From positions 1-11,477 of the forward strand of contig JANMKN010000005.1 in the NCBI GenBank assembly GCA_031372065.1: a stretch of 11,477 bases of DNA, in the 5' to 3' direction. The stretch comes from Abditibacteriaceae bacterium. GTDB lineage: Bacteria; Armatimonadota; Abditibacteriia; Abditibacteriales; Abditibacteriaceae. Every line of letters begins with the position of its first letter. Position 1 is the stretch's first letter. Below the pieces are notes generated by a model. It was not told the origin of the DNA. It made no database searches and saw nothing but the letters and a program-made list of their open reading frames with translations. This document shows, in pieces, positions 1-6,640 of the stretch. The position numbers and the translations under genes are program-made.

Positions 1-53
1 ACTCGCGACCCTCACCTTGGCAAGGTGATGCTCTACCACTGAGCTACTTCCGC
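1..53 (-). tRNA. tRNA-Gly(GCC), 3' part outside the window
   Basis: Reverse complement reads GCGGAAGTAGCTCAGTGGTAGAGCATCACCTTGCCAAGGTGAGGGTCGCGAGT. It has a canonical D arm and the anticodon arm TCACC-TTGCCAA-GGTGA, and is cut in the T arm. Confidence 0.95.
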
Positions 54-77
54 ATACTTCTTTAAGACAGCACGGAA

Positions 78-107
78 ATTATAAACAACTTCCTGAAGAT
101 AGGTCAA
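78..107 (-). promoter_or_regulatory. Sigma70-type promoter for tRNA-Gly
   Basis: Minus strand TTGACC (107-102), 18-nt spacer, TATAAT (83-78), about 25 nt upstream of the tRNA 5' end. Confidence 0.65.
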
Positions 108-134
108 GGGTTAATCCTGAAATTATTGAAAAAA

Positions 135-208
135 TGCGGACGAAGGGACTCGAACCCTTACCGGCATGGTCCTAAGCCATGTGCCTCTGCCAATTGGGCT
201 ACGTCCGC
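135..208 (-). tRNA. tRNA-Leu(TAG), 74 nt, short variable loop, no encoded CCA
   Basis: GCGGACG-TA-GCCCAATTGGCAGAGGC-A-CATGG-CTTAGGA-CCATG-CCGGT-AAGGG-TTCGAGT-CCCTT-CGTCCGC-A. All stems pair, the anticodon is TAG and the discriminator is A. Confidence 0.92.
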
Positions 209-240
209 TGGAAATTTGCGTTTTTACGCGGAGCGTTTTA

Positions 241-271
241 ATTATAACCGCGCAACGTGATAAAATAGCAA
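241..271 (-). promoter_or_regulatory. Possible sigma70-type promoter for tRNA-Leu
   Basis: Minus strand perfect TATAAT (246-241) with TTGCTA (271-266). The 19-nt spacer is suboptimal. Confidence 0.4.
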
Positions 272-341
272 GGTGTTAGCATAGAAAAATGGCGTGGCGA
301 CGCATAAAACAAGCAGATTCGCGGGGAAAAGAGGTTTGGTG

Positions 342-1445
342 ATGGTTGAGAACGGGCAGAAACAACAAGACAGCGGCGAAATGGCGTCCATTCAGGTATC
401 CACTCAGGCGGCGATGTTGGAATCTTCAGGGCTGCCCGCTATGCCAGAGGGGCCAATGAAAGTCGTGGGGCGCGTAGTAGTCGTTGTGGCTGATATTGCA
501 GCGCCGAATGAGGCCGCACAGCGTTTGCGCGAAGTATTAGCCAGCGAAAGCCACGAAATCGCTTGGACAACGCCGCGCGACGTGTTGTATGGTCGCGAGG
601 AAATTGTCGCTGACGCCGTGATTTTGGACGCGACAGCCACCGATATTCAGGCTTTAGGCGAGCGTTTGAAGCGTGCCACGCGCGAGAACGCAAATGACGC
701 CACTGAAACGATGCCTTTGTTGGCTTTGATCGGTGAAAACATGAATTTAGAAGCTCTGGCGGCTTCGGGTATTGACGATTTCATCCACGCCCATGCCTCT
801 GACACCGAAATTCATGCGCATTTAGCCTTAGCGATTCGTTTGGGCCGTGCCGAGCGCGATTTGCATATTACACGCGAAGAATTGAGCCATCAAATTCAAA
901 TTGATGACCTCAGCGGCACTTTAAATCGGCGATTTTTCTTTCAAGCGGCTTATCGCGAATGCAGCCGGGCGCGGCGCTATGACTATGCACTTTCGTGTCT
1001 GATGGTGGACATTGATCACTTCAACCTTTACAACACAACTTTTGGCTATGGCTGTGGCGATTCTATCTTGCGCGAAGTGGCGAACATCTTAAAAACCAGC
1101 GTGCGCGACACTGACTTAGTGGCGCGTTTTGGCGGCTCGAAGTTTGTGGTTTTGCTGACCCACACCGACACCGAAGGTGCTACCACTGTGCGCCAGAAAA
1201 TCGAAAGTTCAATTCAGGGCGGCTATTTTTTGTGGGAGCATCAACGATTGCCGGTCACCGTCAGCATTGGTGAAGTCCAACGCGTGCCGGGGCGGAGCCA
1301 TCCTCTGGCTCCTGAAGACGGCGAAGAGGACGCGGCACCCCTTTCCACTCGCGAAGATTTGGCTGAACTGCTCGAAGACGCCGATTCGGCGCTTTACATC
1401 GCGAAAAAAGGCGCTCTGCTGCCCGCTTTTTTCCGGCCCTATTAA
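342..1445 (+). CDS. Receiver-like domain + degenerate GGDEF domain protein (probable c-di-GMP effector)
   Basis: The C-terminus has GGDEF-fold motifs (DDLSGTLNRRFF, SCLMVDIDHF, RDTDLVARFGGSKFVVLL, VTVSIG, ADSALYIAK). The N-terminal half resembles REC (ADAVILD, MPLLAL, GIDDFI). Start placed at ATG 342 after GAGG (331-334); the ORF track starts at GTG 294. Confidence 0.85.
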   Translation: MVENGQKQQDSGEMASIQVSTQAAMLESSGLPAMPEGPMKVVGRVVVVVADIAAPNEAAQRLREVLASESHEIAWTTPRDVLYGREEIVADAVILDATATDIQALGERLKRATRENANDATETMPLLALIGENMNLEALAASGIDDFIHAHASDTEIHAHLALAIRLGRAERDLHITREELSHQIQIDDLSGTLNRRFFFQAAYRECSRARRYDYALSCLMVDIDHFNLYNTTFGYGCGDSILREVANILKTSVRDTDLVARFGGSKFVVLLTHTDTEGATTVRQKIESSIQGGYFLWEHQRLPVTVSIGEVQRVPGRSHPLAPEDGEEDAAPLSTREDLAELLEDADSALYIAKKGALLPAFFRPY

Positions 1446-1495
1446 ACAAGCAAACAAGGGAACAAAGCCGAAATTGAAGCGTGTAAAGGCGCATT

Positions 1496-1705
1496 ATGGA
1501 AACGACAACCTTTGAAATTAGCGGCATGACTTGCGAAAACTGTGTGCGTTTTGTCACCGAAGCCTTGGAAAATGTGCCCGGCGTGCAGGATGCCAAAGTC
1601 AGCCTCGCGCAAAAAAGCGCCGTTGTAGAACACAATGACGCCGATGTGGACGAAATGATAGCAGCGGTGGAAGAAGAAGGCTACGAGGCGCAACTGGGCT
1701 CGTGA
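1496..1705 (+). CDS. copZ: Heavy-metal-associated (HMA) domain copper chaperone
   Basis: 69 aa with the GMTCENC metal-binding motif, ALENVPGV and a C-terminal EEEGYEA, all typical of HMA proteins. Confidence 0.9.
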   Translation: METTTFEISGMTCENCVRFVTEALENVPGVQDAKVSLAQKSAVVEHNDADVDEMIAAVEEEGYEAQLGS

Positions 1706-1789
1706 AAGAAACCCAGTCAAAGAAAATTGAGTCGCAGAATTGCCTCGCCAAAACGCGATTTTTTTTGTAATATCTGTGAGGCTATAAAG

Positions 1790-1874
1790 CAGTTAGGAGT
1801 TTTGAGGTGAGAGTTTAGAGTTGGATAAGCAGTCTTCTGTTCACTCAACACCCTCAATTCAAAACTCCTAACTG
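1790..1874. repeat. Heptamer-built palindromic element (AGTTAGG/AGTTTTG type)
   Basis: Perfect 16-bp inverted repeat cagttaggagttttga (1790-1805) / tcaaaactcctaactg (1859-1874). The left arm is agttagg-agttttg-aggtgag-agtttag-agttgga. Confidence 0.85.
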
Positions 1875-1880
1875 TTGTAA

Positions 1881-1967
1881 GGACAGGTGGCAGAGTGGTC
1901 GAACGCGGCGGTCTCGAAAACCGTTATACCCGCGAGGGTATCGGGGGTTCGAATCCCTCCCTGTCCG
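1881..1967 (+). tRNA. tRNA-Ser(CGA)
   Basis: Acceptor stem GGACAGG/CCTGTCC with G73, anticodon arm GCGGT-CTCGAAA-ACCGT, long variable arm ATACCC-GCGA-GGGTAT, T loop TTCGAAT. Confidence 0.97.
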
Positions 1968-1970
1968 TAT

Positions 1971-2052
1971 CAGTGGCCGGTGAACAGTGGTCAGTGGTCA
2001 GAAGAATTCGAATCGAACTTTCTGCTCACCGAAGACTGACCACCGACCACTA
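1971..2052. repeat. Heptamer-built palindromic element (CAGTGGT type), copy A
   Basis: cagtggc-cggtgaa-cagtggt-cagtggt-cagaaga, loop, ctttctg-ctcaccg-aagactg-accaccg-accacta. Confidence 0.85.
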
Positions 2053-2057
2053 CAGCA

Positions 2058-2143
2058 GGACAGGTGTCCGAGTGGTTTAAGGAGCACGACTGGAACTCGT
2101 GTGGGTGTTAAAAGCCTCGTGGGTTCGAATCCCACCCTGTCCG
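2058..2143 (+). tRNA. tRNA-Ser(GGA)
   Basis: Acceptor stem GGACAGG/CCTGTCC with G73, anticodon arm CACGA-CTGGAAC-TCGTG, long variable arm, GGTTCGAATCC T arm. Confidence 0.96.
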
Positions 2144-2146
2144 TAT

Positions 2147-2234
2147 CAGTGAGCAGTGAGCAGTGAGCAGTGAACAGAAAGTTTGAATCGAATTCTTCTG
2201 ACCACGACCACTGACCATTGATCATTGAAAACTG
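2147..2234. repeat. Heptamer-built palindromic element (CAGTGAG type), copy B, inverted relative to copy A
   Basis: cagtgag x3-cagtgaa-cagaaag, loop, tcttctg-accacg-accactg-accattg-atcattg-aaaactg. Core 2170-2205 is the reverse complement of 1994-2029 at 33/36 positions. Confidence 0.88.
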
Positions 2235-2236
2235 TT

Positions 2237-2507
2237 TGGTCGCGCTAAGCGGGGAGCCAGCGGTGCCCTCTATCCGCAATCCGCTTTAGCGGAGCCGAAT
2301 TCCTGCGCTGCGGCCCGGCCTTGTGGGTCAGGGCGAGACACGGAGCGACAACGAAACGGGTCCCATACGACGGCGCGGTGTGAACTCCGCCAGGGTCGGA
2401 AGGCAGCAACGGTAAGCGCCTCCCGCCGTGCGTTGTGGGTGTCCTGTTTCCAGCAACCGATCTCGATTCCACCCGGAAGACCGTGTCCAGGCGCGGGTGC
2501 GCGATCA
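2237..2507 (+). ncRNA. ffs: Signal recognition particle RNA, long bacterial type with Alu domain
   Basis: The 5' GCTAAGCGGGGAGCCAGCGGTGCCC...CAATCCGCTTTAGC resembles the Bacillus scRNA Alu domain. Helix 8 motif CAGGGTC-GGAA-GGCAGCA is present, the termini pair (tggtcgcgc 2237-2245 / gcgcgatca 2499-2507), and it lies in the conserved position upstream of dnaX. Confidence 0.93.
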
Positions 2508-2512
2508 TTTTT

Positions 2513-2586
2513 AGTGCCGAGTGACGAATGACGAGTGACGAGTGCAAACTTACTCATCATTCGTCACTCGTAAATCGTCACTCCCC
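2513..2586. repeat. Heptamer-built palindromic element (AGTGACG type)
   Basis: agtgccg-agtgacg-aatgacg-agtgacg-agtg, loop, actcatc-attcgtc-actcgta-aatcgtc-actcccc. It ends immediately before the dnaX ATG. Confidence 0.88.
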
Positions 2587-4452
2587 ATGTCCCTCTACCG
2601 CAAATACCGCCCGCAGACTTTTGAAGATGTTGTCGGGCAGGAACACATCGCGCAAACCTTGCGCAATGCGGTAGGCGCCGGACGAACCGCGCACGCTTAC
2701 CTCTTTTGCGGCCCGCGCGGCACCGGAAAAACTACCTCGGCGCGCCTGCTCGCCAAATGCCTCAATTGCGAAAACGGTCCTACTTCCACGCCTTGCAACC
2801 AATGCGATTTCTGCACGCGTGTGCGCGATAATCAAGCGGTCATGGACTTGGTCGAAATTGACGCCGCGTCCAATACCGGCGTGGATAATGTCCGCGAAAA
2901 TATCATCGAAAAAGTCAATGTGGCCCCGGCGCAGGGCCGCTATCGCATTTACATCATTGACGAAGTGCATATGCTCAGTGTGTCGTCCTTCAACGCCCTA
3001 CTGAAAACCTTAGAAGAGCCGCCCGCGCACGCTGTTTTCGTGCTTGCCACCACCGACGCGCATAAAGTCCCGACGACTATTACTTCGCGCTGTCAGCGCT
3101 TCGATTTTCGGCGCGTCGGACCAGCCGATATTGTGCGGCGCCTGCAATATGTGTCGCAAAACGAAGGCATTCAACTTTCGCCCGAAGCGGCGCGTTTGAT
3201 TGCCTTAAATGCCGATGGCGCTTTGCGCGATGCGCTCACATTGCTCGAACAAGTGGCCGCGTTTTCGCCGGAAACCATCAGTGAAGCCGATGTTCGCCTT
3301 GTTCTGGGGACGGTTTCCGTTGAGTTGATGCACGCCCTAATCGAAGCCGTCGGTTTGCGCGATGCCGTGACGGTTTTGCGACAAATCGAAGCCGCGACAG
3401 AAGAAGGCGCCAGTTTTTCGCAGTTAGCGCGTGATCTGATTAATTATACGCGTGATTTACTGCTACTCACGGTTGGTTTTGAAAGCGACCATCTTTTAAC
3501 CGACAGCGAAAAGAAATTGCGTCACCGTTATGCCAATCAAATGGGCCGCGCGCGTTTGATGAACATGGTGGATGCTTTGCGCAACGCCGAAAAAGAAATG
3601 CGTCAAAGCACCGATCATCGCTTGCTTTTGGAACTCACTTTAGTGCGCGCCGCCACCGCGCCCGAAATGTTAATGGCGCCCGCCGCGCAAGTCTTGCAAG
3701 CCGCGCCACATGTGATTCCGCAAAGCCCGATGATTGCGCCACAGCGTTCGACGCCGCGTGAAATTCCGCGCGAAGAACCGCGTCCCGCGCCGTTTATTCA
3801 AGCACCAATTCAAACTCCGGTTGCAGCAAGCGAAGAAGTTTTCATCGAAGACCCCATTGCTGCTGTTGCGCCAACGCCGCGCGTTGTTGAGCCATTAGAA
3901 AAATCGGAAGAGTATTTGGAAGAGCCGAATCTCACCGAAATGGTGGATTTGCCCGAAGCCGCGCAGCAAACGCCATCTTCTGATTTTCAAACGCCCACCG
4001 CGCAGGCCGAATGGTCGCCGCCAGCGGCGAAAAAGGGCCGTCGCATTCACAATTTGGAAGAATTTATCGAATTGTGGCCCGCTGTTTTGATGCGCGTCAA
4101 AAAGAAAATCGGCATCACCTCGGTGGCCTATTTGCACGATGCCTTGCCTGTTGCGCTGGATGAAAAAGACGCGATTTTGGAATTCAAAAAGGAATTTCAC
4201 TACGCCAAAGCTTGCGATGCGGCCAAGCGCTTGCCGTTTGAACAAGTGTTAAACGAATGCATGGCAAAACCGCATCGTTTGGTGTTTCGCTTGGCCGAAC
4301 CAAAAGTCGCCGCGCCTGTCATCGAGCAGGAAGAAGTTGTCGTGGAAGATGACGACTTCGATGTGGACGTGAGCCAAACCACAACGGATGTGCATAAATA
4401 CGCTCAGGAAGTCTTCGCCGCCGAAGTTGTAGGGCGTTCGGGCGAAGGATAG
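2587..4452 (+). CDS. dnaX: DNA polymerase III subunit gamma/tau
   Basis: MSLYRKYRPQTFEDVVGQ start, Walker A GPRGTGKTT, Zn-binding Cys cluster, DEVHML, SRC motif, DGALRDAL, a Pro/Glu-rich linker and a C-terminal tau domain. Start moved from the ORF-track 2542 to ATG 2587. Confidence 0.97.
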   Translation: MSLYRKYRPQTFEDVVGQEHIAQTLRNAVGAGRTAHAYLFCGPRGTGKTTSARLLAKCLNCENGPTSTPCNQCDFCTRVRDNQAVMDLVEIDAASNTGVDNVRENIIEKVNVAPAQGRYRIYIIDEVHMLSVSSFNALLKTLEEPPAHAVFVLATTDAHKVPTTITSRCQRFDFRRVGPADIVRRLQYVSQNEGIQLSPEAARLIALNADGALRDALTLLEQVAAFSPETISEADVRLVLGTVSVELMHALIEAVGLRDAVTVLRQIEAATEEGASFSQLARDLINYTRDLLLLTVGFESDHLLTDSEKKLRHRYANQMGRARLMNMVDALRNAEKEMRQSTDHRLLLELTLVRAATAPEMLMAPAAQVLQAAPHVIPQSPMIAPQRSTPREIPREEPRPAPFIQAPIQTPVAASEEVFIEDPIAAVAPTPRVVEPLEKSEEYLEEPNLTEMVDLPEAAQQTPSSDFQTPTAQAEWSPPAAKKGRRIHNLEEFIELWPAVLMRVKKKIGITSVAYLHDALPVALDEKDAILEFKKEFHYAKACDAAKRLPFEQVLNECMAKPHRLVFRLAEPKVAAPVIEQEEVVVEDDDFDVDVSQTTTDVHKYAQEVFAAEVVGRSGEG

Positions 4453-4578
4453 ACTTTGTGGGCATTGGCTTTTGGTCTTCGGACTTAGGCCTTTGAATTT
4501 ACGGAAACTCAAATTCAATGACCTAAGTTCAAAACACAAAGACCTAAATCCAAAGACCTAAAACCAAAAAACAAAGGC
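4452..4578. repeat. Heptamer-built palindromic element (CAAAGAC/CTAAATC type)
   Basis: Left arm gactttg..ggcattg-gcttttg-gtcttcg-gacttag-gcctttg; inner stem ttgaattt (4493-4500)/aaattcaa (4511-4518); right arm of nine heptamers at 4516-4578 (caatgac ctaagtt caaaaca caaagac ctaaatc caaagac ctaaaac caaaaaa caaaggc). Confidence 0.85.
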
Positions 4579-4587
4579 CATAACGAA

Positions 4588-4917
4588 ATGCTCCCCAATA
4601 TTCCCGGAATGGGCAATTTGCAAAAGCAAGTGCAAAAAATGCAGGAAGACATGGAACGTTTGCAAGGCGAACTCGCCGCGCAGCGTCTGGAAACTACGGC
4701 GGGTGGCGGCATGGTGAAAGTGCTTACCAGCGGCGCCGGTGAAGTTTTGGAAATCAAAATTTCGCCCGAAGCGGTTGACCCCAGCGATGTCGAAATGCTC
4801 GAAGATTTGGTTGTCACCGCTGTGCGCGATGCGATTCGCAAAGCGCAAGACAATCAAACACAGAAAATGAACTCCATCGCTGGCCCGCTTGCTGGCAAGA
4901 TGCCCGGACTGTTTTAA
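4588..4917 (+). CDS. ybaB: YbaB/EbfC family nucleoid-associated protein
   Basis: MGNLQKQVQKMQEDM..AGGGMVKV..IKISPEAVDPSDVEMLEDLVVTAVRDA..MPGLF, located between dnaX and recR. Confidence 0.95.
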   Translation: MLPNIPGMGNLQKQVQKMQEDMERLQGELAAQRLETTAGGGMVKVLTSGAGEVLEIKISPEAVDPSDVEMLEDLVVTAVRDAIRKAQDNQTQKMNSIAGPLAGKMPGLF

Positions 4918-4920
4918 ATA

Positions 4921-4988
4921 CGGAATGCGGAATGGCGAGTGCGGAGCGAATGGCACTCCGCATTCCGCACTCCGCGCTCCGCATTCTC
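4921..4988. repeat. Heptamer-built palindromic element (CGGAATG type)
   Basis: cggaatg-cggaatg-gcgagtg-cggagcg, loop aatgg, cactccg-cattccg-cactccg-cgctccg-cattctc. It ends immediately before the recR ATG. Confidence 0.9.
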
Positions 4989-5588
4989 ATGCTATATTAC
5001 GCGCGCCCTTTGGCGCAGCTTTTGGAACAACTGGAAAAATTGCCCGGCATTGGGCCGAAATCGGCGCAGCGCTTGGCGTTTCATGTTTTGCGCGGAAGTT
5101 CGCAGGACGCCGAGGTTTTAGCGCAAGCCATTCGTGACGTGCGTGAGAAAATCAAGCCGTGTTCGCGCTGCGGTAACTACACCGATCTGGAAATGTGCGA
5201 CATCTGCACTGATCCGCGCCGCGATGATCATTCTTTGTGCATCATCGCCGAGCCACGCGATTTGATGGCGATTGAAAATTCCGGCGAATTTAAAGGTCGT
5301 TATCACGTTTTGGGCGGCGTTATCAGCCCGATTGAAGGCATCGGGCCGGAACAGCTTTCGATAAATGCGCTAATGCGACGTATCGGCGACGAAGGCATCA
5401 CAGAAGTGATTTTAGCCGTGCCTCCCACTGTCGAAGGCGAAACAACCGCCAATTATCTGGCGAATTTGCTCAAGCCGCGCCATGTGCGCGTCACACAACT
5501 GGCGCGCGGCCTGCCTTTTGGCGGCGAACTCGATTACGCCGACCAAATTACCATCGCTGGCGCCCTGCGCGGACGACGCGAAGTATAG
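4989..5588 (+). CDS. recR: Recombination mediator RecR
   Basis: HhH motif LPGIGPKSAQRLAFH, C4 zinc finger CSRC..CDIC, Toprim region YHVLGGVISPIEGIGP and PTVEGETTA, and LARGLPFGGELDYAD. Start ATG 4989 (199 aa); the upstream extension is translated repeat. Confidence 0.97.
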   Translation: MLYYARPLAQLLEQLEKLPGIGPKSAQRLAFHVLRGSSQDAEVLAQAIRDVREKIKPCSRCGNYTDLEMCDICTDPRRDDHSLCIIAEPRDLMAIENSGEFKGRYHVLGGVISPIEGIGPEQLSINALMRRIGDEGITEVILAVPPTVEGETTANYLANLLKPRHVRVTQLARGLPFGGELDYADQITIAGALRGRREV

Positions 5589-5593
5589 AATTC

Positions 5594-5705
5594 AACGCAA
5601 AGGTCACAGAGAAAGTAAAGGTGTGAAAAGAGAAGAACTGGATCATCGGCTGCGATTCAATCCTCACTCTTTCAAAATCTCTGTGACCTCTGTGTTCTCT
5701 GTGGT
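5594..5705. repeat. Nonamer-built palindromic element (CACAGAG/CTCTGTG type)
   Basis: Left arm aacgcaaag-gtcacagag-aaagtaaag; right arm ctctgtgac-ctctgtgtt-ctctgtggt. Perfect 12-bp inverted repeat at 5601-5612 / 5678-5689. Confidence 0.8.
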
Positions 5706-5721
5706 TTAAAATAAAGGCATC

Positions 5722-6630
5722 ATGTCTGAACTAAACGGAAAATCAAGTGAGCAAAAGTCCACCTTTCGCACCAAAGTGGGCCTTGCTGAAAACCTAAAAG
5801 GCGGCGTCATTATGGATGTTGTGACGCCCGCTGAAGCAATAATCGCCGAGGAAGCCGGAGCCGCAGCGGTTATGGCCCTCGAACGCGTGCCGAGCGACAT
5901 TCGCCGCGATGGTGGCGTGGCGCGCATGAGCAGCGTGCGCTTGATTAAAGAAATTCAAGCCGCCGTCACCATTCCCGTCATGGCAAAGTGCCGCATCGGG
6001 CATTTTGTCGAAGCGCAAATGTTGGAAGCCCTTGGGGTAGATTTCATTGACGAAAGCGAAGTTCTCACGCCCGCTGACGAAGCGTTTCATATTGATAAGA
6101 ACCTTTTTAAGGTGCCGTTCGTGTGCGGCTGCCGCGATTTGGGCGAGGCACTGCGGCGCATTGGCGAAGGCGCGGCTATGATTCGCACCAAAGGCGAGGC
6201 CGGAACCGGCAACATTGTCGAGGCTGTGCGCCATTTGCGCAGCGTTCACGGCCATATCCGGCGCTTGCAGACGATGGACAAAGCCGAACTGATGACCGAA
6301 GCCAAAAATCTCGGCGCGCCCTACGATTTGGTGTGTGAAGTGGCTGCGACGGGCAAATTGCCGGTGCCAAACTTCAGTGCCGGTGGTGTGGCGACGCCCG
6401 CCGATGCCGCTTTGATGATGCAACTGGGCGCCGAAACGGTTTTCGTGGGCAGCGGCATTTTCAAAAGTGCCGACCCCGCGCCGCGCGCACGAGCCATCGT
6501 GGACGCCGTGACGCATTTCAATAATCCGGCGAAGTTGGTGGAAATTTCGATGGATTTGGGCGAATCTATGCCAAGTCTTGATGTGCGCACCATGCCCGAC
6601 GACGAGCGCATGGCAAATCGCGGCTGGTAA
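5722..6630 (+). CDS. pdxS: Pyridoxal 5'-phosphate synthase lyase subunit PdxS
   Basis: [81 protein letters not shown], and the terminal MANRGW. Confidence 0.98.
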   Translation: MSELNGKSSEQKSTFRTKVGLAENLKGGVIMDVVTPAEAIIAEEAGAAAVMALERVPSDIRRDGGVARMSSVRLIKEIQAAVTIPVMAKCRIGHFVEAQMLEALGVDFIDESEVLTPADEAFHIDKNLFKVPFVCGCRDLGEALRRIGEGAAMIRTKGEAGTGNIVEAVRHLRSVHGHIRRLQTMDKAELMTEAKNLGAPYDLVCEVAATGKLPVPNFSAGGVATPADAALMMQLGAETVFVGSGIFKSADPAPRARAIVDAVTHFNNPAKLVEISMDLGESMPSLDVRTMPDDERMANRGW

Positions 6631-6640
6631 AACGCCAACG

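Noticed and set aside
1740..1773. Promoter for the tRNA-Ser cluster (TCGCCA-N17-TAATAT)
   Set aside because: Position is plausible, but both hexamers are weak matches, so it is not reported as a feature.
1..2143. Integrative element or prophage attachment at the tRNA genes
   Set aside because: There is no integrase, and no duplicated tRNA 3' fragment apart from the two complete tRNA-Ser genes.
1895..2560. Short ORFs overlapping the tRNA-Ser genes and SRP RNA
   Set aside because: They are fully explained by structural RNA genes and heptamer repeats.
4027..4110. Possible dnaX -1 programmed frameshift sites (GCG AAA AAG near 4027-4035; GTC AAA AAG near 4096-4104)
   Set aside because: Neither is the A_AAA_AAG heptamer used in E. 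coli dnaX. I see no clear stimulatory hairpin or immediate -1 stop, and no long A-run for transcriptional slippage.
4932..4988. N-terminal extensions of RecR (from 4932) and DnaX (from 2542)
   Set aside because: They are translations of the heptamer elements (e.g. RIPHSALRI). Family-typical N-termini begin at 4989 and 2587.
5722..6630. pdxS without adjacent pdxT as a sign of a novel pathway
   Set aside because: pdxT may be encoded elsewhere; this cannot be judged from one window.
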